Source: the human T2T-CHM13v2.0 reference genome, Homo sapiens. Taken from it: a stretch of 64,000 nucleotides of DNA. Both the position numbers and the translations under genes were made by a program. The notes under the pieces were generated by a model, which worked only from the letters and a program-made list of their open reading frames with translations, ran no database searches and was not told the origin of the DNA. This document shows positions 52,157 through 64,000 of the stretch, in pieces (within the stretch, counting starts at the first letter, position 1; the number at the start of each line of letters is the position of its first letter). Location: NCBI RefSeq assembly GCF_009914755.1, contig NC_060925.1; one strand, given 5' to 3'.

Positions 52157-53295
52157 GAATGAACAGCACCTTTGGCCTCCATTACCATGCTGCACAATCT
52201 ACTCTCTTGTAAACAACATCTTTATTTTCTTGCATTTCTACTGTTCTATGAGAATACGAAAGTGTGGTGGGTTCCTTATTGTCAAGTCATTTACTGCATG
52301 CATCTAAATCAGGACAACTTGATTCTTAGGCAAATTGAAGTCTCAGAGTCTTTGGGGGAAATCCTTGAAAAGTAGACCCCTGCCTGGGGAGTGGATTTTG
52401 TGTGAGAGAGAAAGTGGCAGGTTTCAACAAAAGAGAAACACCAAGAAGCCACATCCATGGGCTTTGGATGAAACTCTGCCTTTGGACAAGCACTGGGGGC
52501 TCTGGCATCTAAACCATGAATTGGGGCACTTTGTAAGCAGCTACAACACCCTCGTACCTTGTAGCTTCTGATCTGTGGCAGCTGCATCTTTAGCATGGCA
52601 GTTAACCAAAAATGGGTGAACTTACCAGGAAAACACACTTATTTGCAGCTATCATCGAGTAAAGGCCTTGGAATGAGGGAAAGGAGGAACATTACTGCAG
52701 ATTGTAGCTAAAAGAAGTTGAGCTGCTTCTTTTCAAATGTGGTGTCAATTGGTGATTATCAGACAACTTCTGCTTTCACATATAGGCTAAATCAGAGATC
52801 CAAATGCAAAATCCAGCTCTTGGGGACATCATTTGGATTTTAATGCTCCCTTGGGAACCTTGAGCCCTTAAAGAAATGAAAGGTTTACAATGAAGCATAA
52901 ATATACTATTTTCAATTCTGACAGATCTAATCTTGTTCTAAAATAACCTGTTATTTAAAGGAAGATGATATCCACTTTTAACAACCGAACATTGAAGTTT
53001 CAAGAGTTAAGAACTCCTCAACTTGGATAAACTCATAAACATATGAAAATTAATTTTGCATTATTCTTTGAAACTTCACACTTACAAGCATCAAAATTGG
53101 CTTTCTGTTATTCTGTCAACTTAAAAGGAAAGAACAATTGGGGATGGGGCAGTTTTTCCAGCCCTCAGCTGCTGAATGGTGTCATTGTGTTGTAGCCATT
53201 TAGACAGCAAACAGAGATGTGAATGATCAATGCATTGAACAATCTCACAAGGTGGGGTTCAATAGCCAAATGTAGGAATTTGTTGATAGGGAAGC

Positions 53296-53298
<3 letters not shown>

Positions 53299-53352
<54 letters not shown>
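53299..53352. repeat. (AC)27 microsatellite
   Basis: Read directly; perfect repeat. Confidence 0.98.
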
Positions 53353-53354
<2 letters not shown>

Positions 53355-53357
<3 letters not shown>

Positions 53358-53630
53358 CTAGCTGCCTGGATAGAAGTAAAGCATAGAGGTGTAGAGTGTA
53401 GGCTCTGAAGCCAGACTGACTATGTTTGCATCCTTGGCTCGGATAGACACATACAGTTCAACTCTAAACAAGCCACTGATCCCCTCTGTACCTCAGTTTT
53501 CTCATCGGTAAGGTAAGAATATCAATATTATCTCCCCAATGATTGCTGTGAGGCTAAAATGACCTAGTAAATGTAAAATGGTTAGAACAGTCATCTGGAA
53601 TGTAGTAAATCATTGATAAATAGTACTATG
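53355..53630 (+). mobile_element. MIR SINE, near full length
   Basis: aggctctgaagccagactg...ctctgtacctcagttttctcatcggtaa...taaaatggttagaacagt. Confidence 0.8.
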
Positions 53631-53799
53631 ATGGTGATGAGACCTTCCCAAGGATGCATGCCTGCACTGTTCCTCCAAAATATACATATTTATGGGTACC
53701 TTTGGGCCTTTACTAAGTGCTAGATGCCATACGTTTTCATAAATATATTCTAAATAAGTATGTGCTTATGATTTTGAGCCACGCATAAATGTTCATCTA

Positions 53800-53988
53800 A
53801 GGCAGTTTCTGTAAAGGGCCAGATAGTAAGTATTTTAGGCTTCACAACTATTTAATTCTGATGTGTAGTGTGAAAGCAGCTATAGATAACACATAATAAA
53901 TGAACATGGATGTGTTTCAATAAAGCTTTATTTACAAAACAGGAAATGAGCTAGATTTGGCCCCTGAGGGGTAGTTTGCCTGTTCCTT
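53800..53988 (+). mobile_element. MER58A (hAT-Charlie) MITE
   Basis: ttctgtaaagggccagatagtaagtattttaggctt...caataaagctttatttacaaaacagg...gatttggccc...tagtttgcc. Confidence 0.85.
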
Positions 53989-54339
53989 ATCTAATGGATT
54001 ATTTAACTAGGAAATATTTACATAGGTAGTTTCCTAAATGAAGGGATTCAGAAAAGTAAGATTCAAATCTCCCTAGTTATTTAATCCAGTGCTTCACAGG
54101 GCACTGTGTATACGAGTGAAGTCCTTCCTGACATCACACTTAACTCCTCTTGAGACAATTAATTAGGAAGTCTCAGTTTCTTCCCAAATTCACAAGAAAA
54201 ATTTTGGACTGAAACCAGTTTATTCATTAAAAACAATTGTCTACCATTTTATAAATGTTTACTCTGTAGCAATCAATGTTCCAAATGAGTTGTGCATTAT
54301 CTCACTTAGTAATGATGATGGCAAATGCCGACAACAACA

Positions 54340-55005
54340 CTTTCAGAATATATCCCCATTCTGCTCCCTTTCTGCCTCCTCCAGACCCATTCTGAAGCAG
54401 GGCACCTTTATCCTGTTATAGTTCTTAACTCATCTCCCCGTTTCTACCCTTGCCCCTTACAGTCCACCCACAACTTAGCAGCCAGGTATTCCTTATAAAA
54501 TGTGTCAGATCATGTCACTCTTCTGCTCTCTCAGGGTAAAACATCAAATTCCTAATAGTAGATGTCAAACCCTCTGAACTGGCCCTGATCTCCTCTCTGG
54601 CCTTATCTTTTATTACTTTTACCCTCTGCTCACTCAGTCTCCTGCCTCAGGGGTCTTGCACTTACTCTTTCGTAGACCTCATTTAACAATGGCTTGATCT
54701 TTCCCACTTTCAGGTTTTTGCTCAAATACTGTCTTCTCAGTGAGCCTACAATCCTATCTCAAGTTGCACCCCCACCCATTACCATTCTTATCCTCCTTTT
54801 CTGCTTTAACTCCATACCTCTTATTATATATGCTGTTTTTATATTTGCTGTTTATAGTTGCTATTATATTTACTATTTTGTCTACTTCCACCCACTAGAA
54901 TAAAAGCTGAAGGGGGTAGGAATTTTGTTCACTGATGTCTCCAGAACCTAAAATAATCCTTGCCACATTGTAGGTATCTCATAAATATTTGTTAAATGAA
55001 CGAAT
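54340..55005 (+). mobile_element. L2 3' region
   Basis: gtcagatcatgtcactcttctgctc...cccactagaataaaagct...ataaatatttgttaaatgaacgaat. Confidence 0.8.
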
Positions 55006-55009
55006 CTAT

Positions 55010-55240
55010 GAGATGCTTCCCATGTGCCAAGTAAGGTTACAGGTGCTTTAAAGGTATTATTTGTTTTAATACTCACAATCCTGTAAATGGATGCTATTAT
55101 AACCCATATTCTCAAATGAGGAAACCAAAGAATTGAAAGATTAATGAATTGCCCCAAATCATGTGACAAGTAATAGTTGCATGCCCTTGAAAGCAGGCCA
55201 TCCAGCCCCAGCCTTTCTGCTCCCAACTACTATGCTACAT
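55010..55240 (-). mobile_element. MIR SINE
   Basis: tactcacaatcctgtaa.tggatgctattataacccatatt..aaatgaggaaacc. Confidence 0.7.
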
Positions 55241-55284
55241 TCTCTTTATTTAAACCTCACTTCTCCTTGAGTGCGGGACTGATT

Positions 55285-55400
55285 ACCCTGGTATTACAGA
55301 TGAGAAAAGTGAAGCTCCATGATATTAAGTAACTTTTTGAAGGTCATACAGTCTGTAAATTGAGATGCTAGAATTCAAACCTATGCTTATGAACTCCAAA
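55285..55400 (-). mobile_element. MIR fragment
   Basis: ttacagatgagaaaagtgaagctc..ttaagtaactt..aaggtcatacag. Confidence 0.7.
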
Positions 55401-56713
55401 AATTAATCTAATTTTTGAATGCTATGTGATGGGCTTTGACAAAGGAAAACTGATACAACTTTACAAAAACACAGCCTTTTACACATTGACAGGCTTAAGA
55501 CAACCATTCAGAAAGCCCTTGTCCAGCCTGCTATCTGATGTGGCCAGCTCTCTAGAGGCTTTCCCAGCACTAAGGGAGTTGCCAGACAACAGCAAGAAGC
55601 CTGGATAAAGATATTGTCATCATCCTCACTGCATTAGGAGAAAAAAGGAAAGAATAGTAAACACCCTTGTGAAAGATAAAAAGAAAACAAGGATTTAAAT
55701 TTCATTTTGGCCAACGAGTTCATCTGGATGCTCCCAAATTAAATTCAACTACCTACAGTTTAGATCACGTCAAACCTGGGATTCAAACAAGACTCAAAGA
55801 AGGTGACAATGTACATGGCAAAAATTAACAGTTCCACCTGGAACACAAATGAAAGCAATGCCTACTAGTGAACTAGTGTTAAGTCAGTACCTCTTTTATA
55901 TTAAGGAAGTGATGGAACAAAGATCAGAAGAAGGAGCAGTGGTTGAACTAGATCCCTCATTAGTAACAAGGAGGAACTAAGTAAATCCAAACAAAGGTGA
56001 CAAACACTTGCAGAAAGTGTTGTTTTGATTCCTGGAAAAATATATAAAAGGAGGGATCATCTGGAAATTCTAATTTTTAAAAGGACATGGATAAACACAA
56101 ATGCTTTATTTTATATTTTATAAAAAAATGTTAGGTACACAAGAGGTTATAAATACTAAGAAGGTGCTCTTACTTGCATTTTAAAGCAGTTAAAATTGCA
56201 ACGATGCATCAAGAAGTATCACAAAAGACCTGGAATTTTAATAATTTGGAGAAGGCTTCTGATGCACAAAGGCAGGGGGAGGGATTAGATTCTTGATATC
56301 CAGTTCTGATCACACCAGGAATCTCATATTAATGTTTGTTAGGAAAAGGAATCCACCATAATTCCTGCAGCCTTAATGTTGAACAGAAATGTCAATATGT
56401 TTTATTCAACCTTTTATTTTTCTTCATAAGGTAAAATCTGGCTCATATATCTCAGTACATAATAACCCTCAAAAATTCTAAGAAAGACAAAAAATATGTA
56501 TTTTATAATTATTTGATAATTACTAAATTTCTATTATTACCCAGAATGCACAACTACAACTAAATGTATTACTTGATGTGTGTATGTAGATTTATATGCA
56601 CACACAAACTCTTTTAAAACCTTCCTCAAAAGGTTAAGGAAATAAAATACTATAAAAAATCTAATGTGACTTAAAATGTTACATGTGGAAGGACACTTTA
56701 AGCAAGTTCCACT

Positions 56714-56750
56714 GTCTCTCTCTCTCTCTACACACACACACACACACACA
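56714..56750. repeat. (TC)n(AC)n compound microsatellite
   Basis: Read directly. Confidence 0.9.
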
Positions 56751-57029
56751 AAATCAGGATATGTATAATAAAAGGCAACCACAAAATCTCAGAAATTCGA
56801 CAATGATGAATAGAAATAATTTGATTAGAGAATGTAACCTTTGAAATCAAAGAAAGCTACACAAAATCCTCAAAGCTGAATTCAGTACTTTGGGCTGGGG
56901 AGAGGAGAAATGAGATTTAAAAAATATTTTATTAAAGTTTCATAGTTCAGAATGCTCGTCTGTAACCGTTCTGAAAATATGGGTCATATCTTTACTATTA
57001 TCTATGGCCACAGCCATGTGTGCATGCAT

Positions 57030-57051
57030 ACACACACACACACACACACAC
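57030..57051. repeat. (AC)11 microsatellite
   Basis: Read directly. Confidence 0.9.
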
Positions 57052-58309
57052 CCCTAAATGGAATTTGTCACTATAGGATATTTAAAATCCAGACTTGCTG
57101 CATTTAAAATGTATGGAATTTATTTTTAAACCAGCCATATCTGAATTCAATGCCTTATATTTTGAGTTTTAATTCCAATCATGCTAATTTTAAGTCACAA
57201 ACATATATCTGCCGGTAATGAAGGTTGTTTAATTAGGTCCAGATAAAATAGCTCCAATTCTGTTTCTGATCCACCTGTCAAAGCAAATCAGTCTTTTACA
57301 TGGCTAAAAAAAAACAAATTAGACTAGCTGATGACTTTTTGAATATTCAAGTAGACACACCGAGGATAAATCCAAACAGAACTTGTGACTGAACAAAAGC
57401 CTGAAACGTGACCTCAAAGATGAAGATATCTTATTCTGCCAAAAGCAGCTTTACAAGCTGGGTCTTCACAGTATTATGAAGTCAAGGACAGGGTGCTAAG
57501 AAGAAGTAATGAGAAGGATAACAAAAACAGAACAACACAGCACTACAAGAAATCAAATCTGCCACAGCTTAGGGCAATGTAACAGCTCAATGTAATGAAA
57601 AATAAATACAAACAATGATGAAAATTGTGACAGAGAGGGCCAGTTTCAACATTTTCTCTGAAGGAAATTCTAAAACAAGAAGTATCCTAACTCAGAGAGT
57701 ATATGCTATCCATGGTTACCATATAAATTATTTTCAAAGACTATTAAAGATAGAAAAACTGTATCTCTTACAAGTTTAATATGAATAGTTTGGAGTATTC
57801 TAGTCCTACAGATCTAGTTTACTTATGTATAAAGCACTATACATTTCAATACAGATCCATTTAAGCCCAGGGGAAAAGTTATTTGAAATTGGCATGGTGG
57901 CCATGTGAATAGGAAGTGTTAGATGGGAGGATACAGAAGAAAGAAGAGAAAAAAAACCTGATAAACAAATCCTTGAGAAGCTTGGAGGTTACTTCTATAT
58001 AAGACCCTCAGAACCTTCCATCCTCCCATAGTTGAATCCTGAGCAAAGATGTGAGATGGAGTCAGTAGTCGAGGCTCCAGGAATATGACTATCCTAATTC
58101 CTCATTATTGCATTCAGAATAGGCTTTGGATTCAGAAAAGAGATTCATGCTCAACACTCTCATTCCTAAATTGCTTTAAGCAAGAGACACAAAAATAAAC
58201 ACAATAGTCCATGATGTAAACATTTTATAGAAATACACACATGCACACACACATATATACAAACTGCATAGATAATTTAATAGGGAAAAGATTAGAAAAT
58301 GAAACAATT

Positions 58310-59205
58310 GAATATCCATTTGGAAAAAAATTAATCTCAGTCCTTACCTCACTTCATACACAAATTAACTCAAAATGGATAAGAGATCTAAATTGAAAAG
58401 TGGAACTATAAAATTCCTAGACAAAAATAGGATAAAACCCATAGCCTTGGCATAGGCAAAGATTTATTAGATTAAAACACACAATGAATGAATCATAAAA
58501 GAAAAGATTGATAAATATAACTTTAAATTGAAAGTCTTTGTTCTTCTAAAAATGCCATTAAAAAAATAAAAGACAAGTAAAAACAAAAAAATTGCTATGA
58601 CTGTATATGACAATCAGTAAAACAACTTAGTTTTGAAAATGGGCAAAATGTTTGAACAAATGCTTCATAAAAGATGACATACAAATGGCTAATCAGCACA
58701 TGGAAAGAAGTTTATTATGATTAAGTCATCAGAAGTTTGTTGTTATTTGTATCAAATGCAAATTAAAACCACAATGAGATACCATTACACACACATTCCA
58801 ATGGATGAAATTAAAAAGACTGACAACACCAAGTCTTGGCAAGGACATGAAGCAACTGGAATTCTCATCTATTACTAGTATAAAGTGGTACGAAGACTGG
58901 AACACAGTTTGACAGTTTCTTATAAACTTAAAAGTGCACTCTCTGGGGATAAATTAGAAAAATCCATCTAAATCTATTTCAGTTCTGACTTCAGCCATGT
59001 CTGGAAGTTACCTGATACAAAAACCAGAAACCACTGTGTCCATCAACAGAAAATTGCCTGGGAAGAAGCACAAGGTAGCATTTTGGGGAGATGAAAATGT
59101 TCCTGTATCTTGATCATGCTGAGAGTTACAGGAGTGGTAAATTTGTCAAAACATTGAAATATACATTAAAATGGGTATATTTTGTTATGTATAAATTATA
59201 CCTAA
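58310..59205 (+). mobile_element. Old L1M (L1ME-like) ORF2 3' part and 3' end
   Basis: aaattaactcaaaatggat...aaatgcaaattaaaaccacaatgagataccattacac...ggagatgaaaatgttcctgtatcttgat...gtataaattatacct. Confidence 0.85.
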
Positions 59206-59229
59206 TAGCTTTAATTTTAGTAGTATTAG

Positions 59230-59674
<445 letters not shown>

Positions 59675-59974
59675 CAACAACTACCTTTACACTGAACGAC
59701 AGAATTAATTTCAATGGAATTTAACCTAAATGGCCTGGAGATCAGGGATTTTGATTCCTTGAAAGTTAAGAGACTTTGTGGGAGTGATGATGATGATGGT
59801 AGTATTAAAAATGATTTTGCCTCTACAAATTTCATTTTCTCTCTTCCAAGAAACAGATCTTAATTTCTATTCATTTTTTCCCACTTTCAGTCTGTATAGT
59901 TTGAAAATTGAACCTGAACTCCTGTTCCAAGGAGGGTACATGACCCGGGCCTTAGACCTTTGTTATCTACTTCA

Positions 59975-60283
59975 GTTGCCAGTGGCTACGTGTGGCTACT
60001 GAACTAGCATTTGAAATGTGGCTGGTTCGAACTGAGAGGTGCTATAAATGTAAAATACACACTCATATATTCTTTCTGTGGTAAAAAAGAAAAAATAATT
60101 CAAACTAGCCAGTTAATTTTTTAATGTTCACTATGTTGAAATAATATTTAAGATATGATTAAAGCAGATATATTTTCAAAATAATTCCTTTTTTAATTTT
60201 TAAAATATCACTACTATAAAATTTAAAATTACATATGTGGCTCACACTTGTGGTTAGCATTATAATTCTACTGGACAGTTCTG
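59975..60283 (-). mobile_element. MER33 DNA element
   Basis: gtgtggctactga..catttgaaatgtggct...aaatttaaaattacatatgtggctcaca...ctactggacag. Confidence 0.8.
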
Positions 60284-60384
60284 GTCAGGCAATTATATTC
60301 GTAGTCTTCCCCATTTCAGCTTGTTTTTAGAAATACATATGTCAGCTTATAGCAAGTACTAACTGTACTTAACCCAATAAGTTA

Positions 60385-60950
60385 CCTTATGTGAACTACT
60401 GCACAGTTATCAGGGAACTTTTACATTCATTATTTTCTTTGGTCTTATAAGATAATCATTGTTATAAGAAAACTGAGATTCAAAGCCATTAAGTTAGCTG
60501 CCCAAGGTCAAGCTAAGAAATGAGCAGAGGCCAGGCACAGTGGCTTACGCCTGTAATCCCAGCACTTTGGGAGGCCGAGGCGGGCAGATCATGAGGTCAA
60601 GAGATCGAGACCATCCTGGCCAACATGGTGAAACCTCAACTCTACTAAAAATACAAAAATTAGCTGGGCGTGGTGGTGGGAGACTGTAGTCCCAGCTACT
60701 CGGGAGGCTGAGGCAGGAGAATCGCTTGAACTGGGAGGCGGAGGTTGCAGTGAGCTGAGATCACGCCACTGCACTCCAGCCTGGCAACAGAGCAAGACTC
60801 TGTCTCAAAAAAAAAAACAAAAAACAAACAACAACAACAACAACAACAAAACAGAAACAGAAAGAAAGAAAGAAAAAAGAAATGAGCAGAACCCAGTTGC
60901 CAAATTCAAGTGTGTGGATCCTAGACCTGTTCTTTTCCTCTTTGGCACCA
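60385..60950 (-). mobile_element. MIR split by the AluSc
   Basis: aagaaaactgagattcaaag..ttaagt..tgcccaaggtca before the Alu; aattcaagtgtgt..cctagacctg after it. Confidence 0.6.
60529..60876 (+). mobile_element. AluSc, full length, compound tail
   Basis: gaggtcaagagatcgagaccatcctggccaac; 14-bp TSD aagaaatgagcaga at 60515-60528 and 60877-60890. Confidence 0.97.
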
Positions 60951-61012
60951 TTCTGTTGACCCACCTGGAATGTTACCTTTTAAAATTGAAAATGAAAATG
61001 GAGATGACTTAC

Positions 61013-61045
61013 CATTTGTAAGTCCCTGTCTCAGAATTAATCCAC
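61013..61045 (-). other. Candidate 33-nt frame-preserving micro-exon
   Basis: Minus strand: tcgtcttttag|GTGGATTAATTCTGAGACAGGGACTTACAAATG|gtaagt. Confidence 0.3.
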
Positions 61046-61719
61046 CTAAAAGACGATTTGTGTTGTGCTGCTGATGAGATTAAAGTGCATTCCAAATGTT
61101 ATCAGGCCATATAAAGCACGCGGCAACTACTTATAATATTGTCAGAGAAACAGTTTAAGAAGAGAAAGTAAGAAATGAGATGGTAAAATGACCAAGGTCA
61201 TATTGTGTAAATTTGTGATAAAAATATAATAAGGGGAAGACTGGGTAATAAAGAGTTTATATCTCTTCAGACCTATCCATTGGAGAGTTAGGGTCTGTAT
61301 AGTGGGCCCAAGAATGCAATCTACCAGGAAAATATTTTCTATAGGTTAATGGGCTGAGACTAATTCCTTGCCTTCATGGACATTGCATTCCATGGTCTCT
61401 AAAATTCCCAGAATGCTTATTTGGTTTCCTGGATGCCTTGTCTCAAAAGCAAATAAACACTTCAAAGAGATATAACTTAAAAGGTGTATTTTTAGTGAAA
61501 ATAAATAAATTCTACATTCTGGATTGTGTATTAGTTTAAATGAAGTCCCTAGAGCATGATTAGCCCATAAAGAGTAAAAATACTGACATTTTGAATGTGT
61601 CATACAGAGTACCAGACGTCAATTTGCTACTAAAATGCACATACCTTATAAGCTTAACTTAGAAATGAAAGCAGACTAGTCTCCTTTTGGTCTTTTCTAT
61701 AAAAGAAAATGCAATCGTT

Positions 61720-62225
61720 ATGACCACTTATGTCCTGGGTTTACTAGAATGGCCCTGGTTTCCAAATCCTTTCTCGTTGTCCCCATGAGAAATCAACTTG
61801 CTATGGGCTGAATGTTTGTGTTCCTCCAAATTCATATGTTGAACGCCTAATCCCCAGTGTCATACTGTTTGGAGGTGGGAACTTCAGAAGGTAATTAGGT
61901 CGTGAGAGTGAAGCCCTCGTTAATGGGATTAATGCCTTTACAAAAAGAGACACAAGAGAGATTATCTTTATCCCTCTCTGCCAGGTAAGGACAAATTGAG
62001 AGAGCAGCTATTCGCAAACCAGGAAGAGGGATCTCACCAGAACGCAACCACGCTATTACCCTGATCTCAGACTTCCCGGCCTTCTGAACTGTGATAAATA
62101 AGTTTCTGTTGTTTAAGCCACCCAGCCTATGATATTCTGTTATAGCAGCCAAAACTAAGATACAACTTGTGCCCTGATTGAAGTATATGTCCTGGGTTTT
62201 AATTCTAAAAATAAAAGACACACTT
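61720..62225. mobile_element. MER94/MER81-like hAT MITE split by the LTR
   Basis: tatgaccac.tatgtcctgggtttactagaatggccctggttt on the left and atgtcctgggttttaatt on the right of the LTR. Confidence 0.35.
61799..62162 (+). mobile_element. MLT1A/MLT1A0-type MaLR solo LTR
   Basis: tgctatgggctgaatgtttgtg...ttatagcagccaaaactaaga(t)a, 364 bp; 5-bp TSD caact at 61794-61798 and 62163-62167. Confidence 0.92.
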
Positions 62226-62459
62226 TATAAACCTAAACTCAAATTCTTCTCCTCATGGAGATTGCAATCTGGTTGGGAAACTGAAAGAAGTACATGTACC
62301 AAAGAAATAGAATGTGGAGGATTTTACATTAAGTGTCAAAACACAGCACAGACTATTAGCAGCATGCCTCAACAGTGGTCCAAGCTATCCTGTCCTCGTC
62401 AGGCCAGAGCCCAAAGGAATCACAGGGGGTTCCATTCCAAAGAGGGATGTGGGCCAGTG

Positions 62460-62560
62460 GGGAAAGTTGCTCAATCTCTCTGTGCCTTAGTCACCTAGTC
62501 TATAAAACAAATATAACACCCATTTCACGGTGATGTTGTGGAGATTACATATGATACCCC
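62460..62560 (+). mobile_element. MIR fragment
   Basis: aagttgctcaatctctctgtgccttagtcacc..tctataaaa...gttgtggagatta. Confidence 0.6.
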
Positions 62561-63609
62561 TTTAAAAAAATATTTTCACTTTGTTTTCCTGTGGAATCCC
62601 TAAGGCTAGGAACCTTTGGTTACTGAAATTCCTCTAGGTGAACCACATTATCTGCATGACCAGCCCCCTGCCCCTAGCATGGTGGAAGGGCAGCGCAAGT
62701 CTAAAAAGTTATAAGCCAGTAATTTTACCCCAAGTAGGTCTTTAAAGCTTCCTTTCCAACTCAGTTTTCTGCAATGAAAGTTGCTGTATAAGCAAAAAAT
62801 ATTATTAGTATTAATAAAAATATTTCAGCCATGCTGCTTCTTGCATCATATGTAATTCATTAGCACCAGCTCATAGGCGAGGCAAAATTTTCATGTCAAA
62901 TAACGTTTTATGGGTCTTTAGAACATTATGCTCACTGGGTGTCCCCGCATCATGATGAGACCTCCCCAGGAGGGAAGGCAAGAAGCACAGGCTTTTAGAA
63001 ACCCTTTCTTTTTCAAATTTGCTTGGGAAAAAGGTTAGTTTCTACTTCTTGTTCAGCAGCCACACAATGCCAGGAAGCTTAGGTGCTTCTTGAAAGGATG
63101 CGTGTTGTTTTGTTCATGGGAATAGGATTTATAATGATGTTAATTCAAAAGAAGAAATTAAATATAAAAAGGTTAATGAAAGGTTTCAGTCATGATTACG
63201 GTGACCATGATCAATCAAAGGCCAGAGAAACGGCTGTTTTACAATTAAAATATCCCAACACATTGTTATTTATCACTATTGCCATACTGCAGCAGCAGGC
63301 CACAATTAATCATATAAATCACCTGGACTAAATTCTGAGGTTCTCTTTTTGTCAGATAAGATGGCCATGCTATTGTTAAAACTGATGAAAAGACATTTTT
63401 TTCTGATATTCTGATTTAACATACTTTTGTTTAAAAAGATCTTTTATGCAAAGATTATAGGGAAAACTCTAGGCAGGAAACTTTAGTAATTTCAAAGCTC
63501 ATTAGATTTCAAGAATGGATATGTACCTCCCATTCAAATGCATAATAGCATTTTCACAAAGGTTTATCAAAGGGTGAATTAATTGGGTTCTATGTTTTGT
63601 AGTCATTAT

Positions 63610-63940
63610 TCTTTCATTCATTCATCCATTCATTTATCCAGTACTTATTGAGGGTCTACTATATGCCAGGTACTCAACTAGGCCCCAGAGCCATAGCAGT
63701 CATGGTCCCTAACCTCATATGACAGGAGTCTCTAGGGAAGAATGCCATTACACTAGTAATCACAAAAGTGGAGAATGTTTTGAAAGACAGAATGTAGAAG
63801 ACCACAGAAACTTACAGGAGTCTGGATAAGAAAGGGACATTTCAACTGAGATCTGAGATCTGAAGGATAAGGAGGGGGGAGTTGGACAGGTCAGGGGAAG
63901 TAGCCAAGCAGAGCAAATAGCTTATGCAATTGGCCACTAC
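63610..63940 (-). mobile_element. L2 3' region
   Basis: ttcattcattcatccattcattt..cagtacttattgagggtctactatatgccagg...tgagatctgaaggataaggag. Confidence 0.75.
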
Positions 63941-64000
63941 TGTACCACTGAAACCTGGTACATTGTAGGGACATGATAAGTATTTGTGGAATATATTAAC

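Overview
This is AT-rich primate (probably human) genomic DNA that looks intronic or intergenic. No intact cellular protein-coding gene, tRNA or rRNA is visible, and the host locus cannot be named from sequence alone. Recognisable interspersed repeats dominate. They include a TSD-flanked L1PA element (10990-16395, minus strand) that keeps its 5' UTR but lacks roughly 1 kb across the ORF1/ORF2 junction and sits inside an L2, seven near-complete or truncated Alus plus an Alu stub and a FAM monomer, and many MIR and L2 relics. Also present are HAL1 and L1M fragments, a decayed hAT transposase element, MER5A/MER33/MER58A DNA elements, an MLT1A-type solo LTR and several microsatellites. Every ORF-track entry with recognisable homology comes from L1, Alu, the hAT element or a simple repeat. 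The most interesting non-repeat signals are: (i) a ~265-bp dispersed direct duplication (26241-26510 / 28222-28482) bracketing a homeobox-motif-dense block; (ii) candidate minus-strand micro-exons (42738-42781, 61013-61045, 35272-35296); (iii) a phased triple TGACAG cluster near 42.9 kb; and (iv) a strong CTCF motif at 6456-6474. I found no convincing novel multi-gene system. Repeat family names come from recalled consensus sequences, and boundaries of the old repeats are approximate.
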